Source: the human T2T-CHM13v2.0 reference genome, Homo sapiens. Taken from it: a DNA stretch of 64,000 nucleotides. Positions 51,810 through 61,242 of this stretch are shown piece after piece. Both the position numbers and the translations under genes were made by a program. The stretch is taken from the NCBI RefSeq assembly GCF_009914755.1, contig NC_060933.1; one strand, 5' to 3'. Every line of letters begins with the position of its first letter. Position 1 is the first letter of the stretch. The notes under the pieces are model-generated. The model was not told the origin of the DNA. It ran no database searches and saw only the letters and a program-made list of their open reading frames with translations.

Positions 51810-51955
51810 TGCTTCATGGGTGAGGGGTTTGGCTTTGGAGCGATGGAAATATTTTGGAACTAGATGGAGGTGATGATCGCACACCATTGTGAATGTTCTA
51901 AATGCCACTGAATTGTTCACTTTAAAATGGTTAATTTTATATGAATTTTTTAAAA
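51810..51955 (+). mobile_element. L1MB/ME 3'-end fragment
   Basis: GATGGAAATATTTTGGAACTAGATGGAGGTGATG...AATGCCACTGAATTGTTCACTTTAAAATGGTTAATTTTAT. Confidence 0.8.
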
Positions 51956-54900
51956 CATTTCCCTCCCTGCTTAGATCTTCCTAGTTCCTAGAAGTGATTC
52001 CCAGGCTTCTTCCATCCATGGCTTTCATCTCCAGCAGCAGCAGGCGGGGGTAGCAGTGAGCAGGGTCCCCAGGTCCTGAGAGAGTTAGGCACTTGCCCCA
52101 GGCTGGAGCCTTCTACCCAGTTCCCCAGATCCCCGTGCATGGGAACAGCAGCCCTCCCTGTCCAGCACAGCCCCTGAGCCCCCAGGCCCTGCCCCTGGGC
52201 TGGGGACCTGGAATGCAGAGGTGACTCGCACATGCACCTACAATAAGAGGAGAGGAGACACGGGCCTGGCCAGACCCCAGGGAGGACCTCGGGGAAGGCA
52301 TGCTGCAGGAGAGGCACTCAGAAGACTGGGAAGGACAGTTGAGGTACAAGCATAGAGGGAGGGAAGGGATGGGTAAGCCGGGAAGAGGGTCAGGTGCAAG
52401 GGGCCAGGGCCTTCAATGCCAGTCGAGACCCCCATCTTGGAAATCCTGCCCTTCTCTGTCCATTGGAGGCACAGGCAGTACTGACAGCCTCTGACTAGGG
52501 AGGCCTCCCATGGGAGGAGCCCCCTTCCTCTCTGCCACCCCCAGTACTTCTCAGCCCCCTCAGTTCCTGATGTAATCAGGTCTTTGCACATCACCTTACC
52601 ACCTTCGTAACACACAGGATCCCTAGACATACAGTGACATGTAGATAGAAACAACTGTCACCAGTGAGAGGCAGTTCTTCACTCCCAAATACTAATAAGG
52701 TCTTTAAAACATCAGAGGCAGAAAGTCTGGGGAATGAATGGTGAGTGGGTTCTGCAGGGGAGCAATTGCCAGGGCCTGTGCACAGTACCTGGGCGTGCAG
52801 AGAGGACTCTGCTGTGGACCCTGCTGTCTGTCTAGCAGGCAAGAGAAGCTGTGGAAGAGATGGATGTGGGCAGAGAGTGGGAAGTGAGGACCATGACAGG
52901 TGAAGAGTGGGCTTCGGGACTTTACTGGGGAGGTCAAGTAGCCTGTACTATCCAGAGCTTTGGGGCCACTGCTGCCTACCTTTGTGACCCCGGCAAGCAC
53001 CGACTTCTCAGAGCCTCTGCTTCCCAATCTCTAAAATGATCGGAAGTGTTACGAGTGCCCGGCCCATCTCAGCAGCACTAGGAAGGGCATGGAAGTCAGG
53101 TCAGGCAGATGGTGGTGGGAGCTGGCACACCTCTTCCTGGATATCCGGTGGGACTTGACTCTGCCCTTCTCTAGAAGGCTTTGTGGCTCTTCCAGACTCC
53201 TTTATTCATTGCTGAACTTTTTCATCTGTGAAGCAGCATACACGCATAGGTACTTAGAGTTCACACACAGGTCTGCACGCGGGATGTACTGAACGAGATT
53301 GAGGCCCAAATGCGGGACGTACTGAGTGAGATTGTTTGGGGCCTTCCCCTCACCCCACTTTCTGGGGAAGTGTTGCCTGTTCGGGACTTTTGTCCCATCT
53401 CTTCCGTCAGCTCACAGCAGGTTGCCAGCACCACCTGAAATGGGAGAAGGCCTCTGACCAGGAGTCTCTGTCTAAGTCCAGCAGCCACACTGGGCAGCGG
53501 CCCTTCCAAGAGAGGAGGGCGCGGGGAATGCAGCGACTGCCGCCACCTGTGCTGTGTCTTTTTCTTCATGCTGATCCAAGAAGGTTTCGTTTCTTTCCTT
53601 CCCTAAAATAAAGTGTGAGCAGAGTTCTATGATGTTTTATCCCTGTATGAACGTAGCATGAGCCATTCGGCTTTTCTTGCTGATTGGGAGGATCCGTTCC
53701 AGGTTTTTTCTTCTCTTATGTCCTTTCCTCTTGCTTTGCTGCTTTCTGCTTCTGCTACTCTTCTGTGTTAGGACTGAGAAAGAAAAAATATGACCACTGA
53801 AGGTTCCAGAGAAGTCATCATTCCAGGAGACACTGGGGGAAGCAAAGATTGTTGGTCCCAGGAGCGCACTGCCCGACGCTGCCCCCATGCTCTACCTTGC
53901 TTCCATTGTGCTCACTCCGTTTCTCCCTGAAACCACAATTTACTGCATAGCCACCACCTCAGGGTGCGGCCACCCCTGACTTCGGGGCTCCGCGTCCCTG
54001 CACTCATGACCAGGCCCCTAACAACTGCGGCTGCATGTTCCCGACTCTTCCCAGACCTAAGGGAGAAGCCAACACTGGAAAGGCCCCTACCACTGTCCCA
54101 GCAGCCGCATGGCTGCCACGTTGGCTCTGTGAATGCCGGCATCACGTCTCGTCCAGTGTGACCTGTTCCTCAATGTGGCAGGATTTCCAGTCCTGGTGTG
54201 GCACCAGAGTCCTCCTCTCTGAGGTTATAATTCATAGAGAAGTGCTCACTTACGGAGGCACACCCTGGGTCGTTTCTGTCCGTGTGCTTTTGAAAGCGAT
54301 CCCCTGGGACAGGGCGGAGGGAGGGGTGGCCACAGAAAAGGAACCAGGCCCCTGGTTTCTCCATCGTTGCGTCCCCGTTCCATGCCCTTTTTCTCGTGTC
54401 CTGTTAAAATTGAGCACACTGGTGAGCCTCTAGTCAGCCCTTGATGCCCTGGGTCTGAGTGACTGAGAGCGACAGCCACTGTTGCCCCCACATGCCAAGC
54501 ACCTGCTCTGTGCCAGCGCTGGCCAGGTGCCCCACACACTCCACTTCTGATGCACAGGCACCCTGTCATGTAGGTGGCGCCATCTTTTTAAATGTGACTT
54601 CAGTTTTTCGTCTTTCAACTTCAGTTGCTCATCTGCAGTCACCAGCTGGGATTTGAACCCAGCCAATCTGACTCCTGAGCTCCTCTTTCCTCCCACTTAG
54701 TCTTTTCCCCTGAGTCCAACAGCACCTTAGAGCATGTCTAATGCACGTGCTTACTGCCTTCATCTCATTGCAGCCTGTCCCTGCCAGCTGTGTCACCTTC
54801 ATCCTGCTGCCAGCCCCTGGTGACTCTCCCGTTACAGATCAGAGACCAGACTCCAGGGGTGGAGAGTAGGGGTTCTGGACCAGCCGCTCTCTGCTCCTAG

Positions 54901-55149
54901 AGCTCTTGTCTACACAACTGCCTGGTGCTCAGGGGATGACGAGGCGCCTGCCTCTCTCAGTAGGTTGTGTGTCCTGGCAGCAGGGGTGGGACCTGTCCTC
55001 TTTCATAGCTCCAGCACATCTGTGCTGGATGTCACCTGGCTCCATCCAGTGACGGATTCATATTCTCTGTTTCGACATCTTCAGTTGCTGGACAACTAAA
55101 TGCCATCTTCAATACCTTTAATGCCATCTTTTTTTTTCTTCTTTTGCAG

Positions 55150-55205
55150 CAATGGATGGTGTGCCTTTTATGATTTCAGAGAAGTTTTCTTGTGTTCCAG
55201 AAAGT
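55150..55205 (+). CDS. MVB12B: MVB12B internal coding exon (56 nt; probably exon 8), encodes (A)MDGVPFMISEKFSCVPES
   Basis: Long polypyrimidine tract ending ttgcAG at 55148-55149; donor AGT|GTAAGT at 55206. Translation matches the MVB12B C-terminal (UMA-region) sequence as I recall it. Starts in phase 1 (G|CA, Ala) and ends in phase 0. Confidence 0.95.
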
Positions 55206-56269
55206 GTAAGTTTTATGCATGATCGCCCTTCCCCTCTGCCACCCCCCAGCCTGAGGTCCCTCCATCCTGATTTACACAGCACGCAGGGCTGTTCTGGCAG
55301 TACTCACGCCCCTTCCCCTACCGGAATCTTGTCCGCCTGCGTGTCCTCTCTCCCACTGGAAGCTGAACCCTGCAACCCAGTGACAGGAACTCCTGAGGTT
55401 GGGGGGTGGGTCGTGTGCATCTCTGGCCCTATCAGCCAGTGCCCCATGTAGTAGGTGTTTGAGAAATGAAGAAAACAACAGCTGGGGGATGGGAAAGTAG
55501 CAAGAGGCTGTCAGACAAGCTCAGGTGCACTGAGCCTTTGCCATGCCGCACGTGATTAACCCGACCTGAGCTTCCCTGGTTGTGAATGTTCTTTGTCTCC
55601 CAAGTCCAACTTAGTAAGTTTTGTTCTTTCTTACTTAAGGATGACAATTTCCTGTAGAAAGGAGGCTGCCTCGTTTTCCCATTGTCATAGCTGCATTCTG
55701 CGCTCTGACACGGAGGCCGCCATGCAAATGTGGTGCCTCTAGCTGTGGTCTCCTGCCCATGCCAGTCCAGCATGGACCCAACCATCCACATCAGCACTCT
55801 CACGCAGGCCAGGCTCACGCCATCTTTTTATCAGAGGGACCGAGTGAGCTGGCCGGGACCAAAGGCCAACTTCAGACTGTGAGGGGCGGCCACCCTGCAT
55901 GGCAGTGGGGTCTCTGCCTCTCACTGCTAGGGTCAGCCCTCCAATGGCGCCAGCCCCCAAGGTGGCAGTGGCCCCCTCCCAGCTGCGCAGGCTTGCCCCA
56001 CGCTGGCTCAGCAAACCCGTTTCTGGTTTTGATCCTTTCTGCAGAAGTTGGCCTTGACTAGCTAATAAACATGAAGGCCCCAGCTTGGGCACAGCTAAAG
56101 AATCCTTTAGTGTTTTTCTTGGATCCAGCTTAAAACCACCCGGCTTGCGATTTGACCTGCTCTGTAGTTTCCATTTTCGTGAAATAGAATAGGCCTCCTC
56201 TGAACCCTTCTGGTAAGCAGCTTAATCTTGAAAAATGCTCGTGATGTGACATGCGGAGCTCCAGGAACT

Positions 56270-56830
56270 TCAGCCGACTCCACGGGGCCGCGTTGCCATG
56301 GCGACGCTGGCGCCTCTGCCGCCGTTCCCTGGGAGAGGCAGCTCTGTCCTGCTCACCAGCTCCAGTTGGGAGAATTTAGTGGGGTGGTTAGAGCCTAATG
56401 ACACAGCAGCTGCACCTCTGCTGGGTCGCAGGCAGGCGGCCCCGCTCTCGCACCCCTCGTTTTGGCAGCACAGAGAGCACCACACTGTTCCGTGGCTACC
56501 GGCAGAGCAGCCGCGAGCGGAACGTGTGACTCGGTGGCCCCGTCCCAAGATCGCCCTCGCGAATGTGCTGCTGCCGGGCGCTGCCACCTCGGCCAGGGCT
56601 CCAAGGACACATACCCAGCCAGGCCCGGTGCCCTGCGCTCCCTGCTCTTCTCAGTGCAGCGCCCCGCAGCCCCACTACGGGGGCCGCCGCTTTTAATGGA
56701 CGAGGGAATGAGGAAGGGATTTAACCCGCAGCTGCATCGCCAGGAGGCGCTGAGACTGGTTTTGAGTCTGGGTCCTCAGACTCCAGAGCTGGCCTCACAG
56801 GAAACCCCTGCTGGCTTCGCGGAGGCTCCA
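56270..56830. promoter_or_regulatory. CpG-rich intronic element with RFX X-box (56292-56305)
   Basis: Local CpG enrichment; GTTGCCATGGCGAC matches the X-box consensus GTTGCCATGGCAAC at 13/14 positions. Confidence 0.6.
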
Positions 56831-57753
56831 GCTCCCCTCCCATCCCTGAGCTGCCGCCCTTCAGGACCATGCGGGCCCTGGGGTTCTGTCGAAGGCCCTC
56901 AGGTTTAGCCTTGGCCCCAGGAGGCTGGGCCAGGGACCCTTCTGGGGAGCACAGAACACTCATGTGCCCAGTAGGGACTCAGACCAGGAGCCACATGGAC
57001 TGGACGCCCTCTGCCCTCCGAGCCTCTGAGTCCAGGCTTCTATGGGCCTCTAGCTCACTCAACTGCCATGTGTATTTGATTTTTCATGCTGTCTGTTGAA
57101 AAGCCAGCATTTTTTTAAGTCTCCAATCTTCATGAAATTATAAAAACTCTCATTAAAATGCAATGTTATCATTTTTTCCACATCGATTTCTCAAATGATA
57201 ATTGATGGGCAGTTGTTTCATTTACCTGGCATTTCCAAAGACCTGGAATCCCCCCAGCTCCTACCCTGGATTCCCCCTAAGGAACTCTTCCTCCCTGGAG
57301 TTCCTTAAACCTCCTGCCTTACCCAGACACAGTGGCTGGGCGGCCTCCGGGGAGAGCTTGGGCACCTCCGGTTTATAGCTGCAGCGAGAAAGAGCAAACC
57401 TTGCCTGCGTGTTCTGCTGGCAGGGTGAGAAGACAGGTGAAGCAGGCCAGCCACGGTCAGTCCTCCAGGAGACCTGGATCCCCCTGGGTGCCACAGACCA
57501 CAACTAGGCAAAGGTCCCGCAGCACAGGGGCCAGCACCTTGAGGGCCACATTCCTGCAGCAGGCTCTATCATCACTTCTCCTGCCACCCCCACGCGTGAC
57601 CGAGAGTCCCACTGACTGTCTTCCTGTGGAAAGTGGGTAGAGAAACGCTAGATCACACCGTGGCTTGAGGTGTTACCATTGTCATGCATAAAAGTAAGTG
57701 TGGGAGGAGCATTTTCCAGCTATTTAAAAGGGCAACTTCATCTGTGTTTTCAG

Positions 57754-57813
57754 ATGCAGCCCTTTGATCTCCTGGGAATCACCATCAAATCTCTAGCAGA
57801 AATCGAAAAAGAG
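57754..57813 (+). CDS. MVB12B: MVB12B internal coding exon (60 nt; probably exon 9), encodes MQPFDLLGITIKSLAEIEKE
   Basis: Acceptor tctgtgttttcAG (57752-57753); donor GAG|GTAAGC at 57814. Exactly 20 codons in phase 0, continuing the frame of the 55150-55205 exon. Confidence 0.95.
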
Positions 57814-58232
57814 GTAAGCAAGCCATCAGGGGAGGGGAGGGCAGGCCTGGGCCATCGCCTGCACACCGGCGTCTCTCGTGTGTTCCCCTAGGGATCCACT
57901 CCAAGAGAGGGACAGGTGGAGGTGTTCCGTTCTCTTCTGAGAAAAACACTTTCGTTGCACCCAAATGTGTTTCTTAGATAAAGTAACTAAATTCTAATGT
58001 ATTTCCTACTTCCAGTCAAATATGACCCACATCTTGTCTTCTCTAAGTCAGAATGTTTTACATGACAGACAGAGCCTCAGTTCTCCTTTTTTAAAAGAAG
58101 TCTCAGCTTTGGGAAGGTGGAGGTTGGAGGACAGGCACCAGGTTGACTTTTCTTCCTCCATTTGTTTTGTTTTATTATTTGCCACCAGGAGGGGTTTCGG
58201 GAAATGACCAAGCGTCTCCACAATTTAGGGGC

Positions 58233-59160
58233 AGGTCAGGGTACCTTCCACTGTGCTTCATGAGGTCAGGGTACCTTCCACTGTGCTTCATGAGGTCAGG
58301 GTACCTTCCACTGTGCTTCATGAGGTCAGGGTACCTTCCACTGTGCTTCATGAGGTCAGGGTACCTTCCACTGTGCTTCATGAGGTCAGGGTACCTTCTT
58401 CCACTGTGCTTCATGAGGTCAGGGTACCTTCCACTGTGCTTCATGAGGTCAGGGTACCTTCCACTGTGCTTCATGAGGTCAGGGTACCTTCCACTGTGCT
58501 TCATGAGGTCAGGGTACCTTCCACTGTGCTTCATGAGGTCAGGGTACCTTCCACTGTGCTTCATGAGGTCAGGGTACCTTCCACTGTGCTTCATGAGGTC
58601 AGGGTACCTTCCACTGTGCTTCATGAGGTCAGGGTACTTCCACTGTGCTTCATGAGGTCAGGGTACCTTCCACTGTGCTTCATGAGGTCAGGGTACCTTC
58701 CACTGTGCTTCATGAGGTCAGGGTACTTCCACTGTGCTTCATGAGGTCAGGGTACCTTCCACTGTGCTTCATGAGGTCAGGGTACCTTCCACTGTGCTTC
58801 ATGAGGTCAGGGTACCGTCCACTGTGCTTCATGAGGTCAGGGTACCTTCCACTGTGCTTCATGAGGTCAGGGTACTTCCACTGTGCTTCATGAGGTCAGG
58901 GTACCGTCCACTGTGCTTCATGAGGTCAGGGTACCTTCCACTGTGCTTCATGAGGTCAGAGTACCTTCCACTGTGCTTCATGAGGTCAGGGTACCATCCA
59001 CTGTGCTTCATGAGGTCAGGGTACCTTCCACTGTGCTTCATGAGGTCAGGGTACTTCCACTGTGCTTCATGAGGTCAGGGTACCGTCCACTGTGCTTCAT
59101 GAGGTCAGGGTACCTTCCACTGTGCTTCATGAGGTCAGGGTACCTTCCACTGTGCTTCAT
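58233..59160 (+). repeat. Minisatellite/VNTR, 30-bp unit AGGTCAGGGTACCTTCCACTGTGCTTCATG, 31 copies
   Basis: Counted directly; includes one 33-bp unit, four 29-bp units and several substitution variants. Confidence 0.98.
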
Positions 59161-60079
59161 AAGCTGGAACACATCTGGCAGCCTGCTTTCAAACAGTTCA
59201 CACATTTTCCTAATAAAAAAGAAAGAAACCCAGGACTGGCATGCGGATGATAACTCTGAAGAAAGGGAGTTGAGTCAGACCACCAGGGCCCTCCTGTTTC
59301 CCTAAGACAGCACGGGGTGTGTGGCTTCTCTTCTGTAGAGCGGGTGGTTAAGCAGTCACACGCCACAGCCAGCTCTCCTCCGAGAGGAACATTCATCTCA
59401 AAGATGGAAATGGTAGAACCATTTCAATATTCTCCATTCCTTGGGGTTTTCTCTTGTGTACCCAGCTAGCAGAAGCCGGCTGCATTATTGAAAGATGGCT
59501 GAAATCAAGCAAAATTGAATCAATGTAGTACAACAAATTTCTAAACCTGTCATAGCAAAAACAAGACAAAAAAGTCCCCCTTTGTCTTTGATTTTCAGTA
59601 AATCATAAAAACCAACCTGATTGTCATATATAGATTTTTTTTTCTTTTTTTGATAACTCAGGGAAAAAATGGCTGGCTGGGACATTAGAAACATAGGTGT
59701 GCATAAAATTTCACACCTGCCCTTCTCAAAGCAGGGGAGCTGTGGGTGGCTGTGAAGTCCACCTGCTTATGGACAGCCCATTTGCATGGGGCCCTGCGTG
59801 TGGTGCAGCCCAGGGTATGTGAGGAAGGCCTCAGAGGAGCTGCTGCTGCCACAGGTGGTCACCAGGGCAGAGGTTACACTGACATACCTCCAGACCAGCC
59901 CGCTCCACTGTGGACAGGGGCAAGTCACATACCTGCTGTTTACCATGGGGTCACGGCAGAACCTGTCTCACGGGGTGCTTTGTGATGCCAAATGGATATA
60001 GGTGGGACGTGCTGGCAGCAGCGGCCTCAGCGTCGAGCCATCTCCCCTCCCGTTCTGCTCCGGCCTGCCTGTGGGCCTA

Positions 60080-60260
60080 ATGGTGGCACCGTTTAAGCAC
60101 CTGCTGTGTGCTCAGCCTGGGGCCTGAGGCTTTCCATACATGATCACTGGTTCCTACCCCAGGCCTCATTCCTCCCTGTGTCGTGGGGAGAAATGGAGAC
60201 TCCGAGAGGTGGAGTAACTGGCCAAAGACAAGGTGGAGACCCAGTGTGTCGTGCTCCAAG
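60080..60260 (-). mobile_element. MIR SINE (degenerate)
   Basis: TTTAAGCACCTGCTGTGTGC...GAGAAATGGAGACTCCGAGAGGTGGAGTAACTGGCCAAAG. Confidence 0.55.
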
Positions 60261-60932
60261 TCCTCCCCACTGTGACGGAAAGTGGCAGCTCTGTGTCCTT
60301 CCAAGGGGGCTCTCTAGGCTGGTGGCCAGTCAGTCTAGTTCCTTAACCTGGGTGGGCCTTCGAGTTGCTGGGGTGGGGTGAAGTGGGTGACGGTCCCAGT
60401 GTGGGGTCCAGGGCGGGTGGTGGGAACCCTGCAAACCTTATTCTCTTCCCCACTCTAAGGACTGAAATCTGATTCATTACAATGTAGTGTCTCAATGTCG
60501 GGCGCTCCGAGTCACAGTGTGGCCACCCCCAGGAGGTGCAGAGCCAGGGGTTGGGGCACACCCCGGAGTCAGTGCCTGGCTAGAATCTCAGATCTTCCAC
60601 TGACTTTTCTGAGCCAACATTTCTTTTTCTGCACGATCAGGATAGTAATAATAGTGCTTAGTCCAGAGTCTATGTGGGTTTAACTGCAAAGGTCCAGTGA
60701 ATGGCCTGAACCAGTGCCTGCCTCAGTGCTGCTGGCTGCCACTGTTATCACAGCCACCACCGTCACCATCGTTACCGTTCTCCTTGTCCACAGAGAAGGG
60801 CGTGAGTCGGCACAGGCCCACCCATTCCACTGTCCCGCTGCTCTGTTGCTGGGGCTGAAAGCTCCATCCCTGTGGACCAAGGTCAGCTGTATTTCTTGGG
60901 TTTAGTGACGGGTTAAAAGAAAAACAGGTCTG

Positions 60933-61242
60933 GGCCAGGTGTGGTGGCTTACGCCTGTAATCCCAGCACTTTGGAAGGCTGAGGCAAGCAGATCACCTGA
61001 GGTCAGGAGTTTGAGACCAGCCTGGCCAACATGGTAAAACTTTGTCTCTGCTAAAAACACACACACAAAAATAGCCAGGCTTGGTGGAGCACACCTGTAG
61101 TCCCAGCTACTCAGGCGGCTGAAGCAGATAGAAATCACTTGAGCCCAGGAGACGGAGGTTGCAGTGAGCCGAGATTGCACCATTGCATTCCGGCCTGGGC
61201 CACAGGGCGAGACTCCGTCTCAAAAAAAAAAAAAAAAATAAC
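60933..61242 (+). mobile_element. AluS (Sx/Sz-like), full length
   Basis: Sense dimer with A tail; 12-bp TSD AAAACAGGTCTG (60921-60932 and 61243-61254). Confidence 0.95.

Noticed and set aside
53279-53334. 23-bp degenerate direct repeat (also a 13-bp one at ~28873)
   Set aside because: Ordinary small slippage duplications with no further structure.
54565-54590. CTCF-like TAGGTGGCGCC / YY1-like CGCCATCTT (also weak matches at ~55955 and ~56580)
   Set aside because: Only partial matches to the CTCF core; not supportable without ChIP data.
55206-55451. Continuation of the 99-aa ORF 55152-55451
   Set aside because: Only 55150-55205 is exon; the rest follows a consensus GTAAGT donor and has no MVB12B similarity.
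58233-59160. CRISPR-like array of ~30-bp repeats
   Set aside because: Units are head-to-tail with no unique spacers, no cas genes, and the context is human intron. It is a minisatellite.
58143-59305. Repetitive ORFs (MRSGYLPLCF)n, (LHEVRVPSTV)n, (MKHSGRYPDL)n
   Set aside because: Artefacts of a stop-free 30-bp unit; 29-bp units shift the frame.
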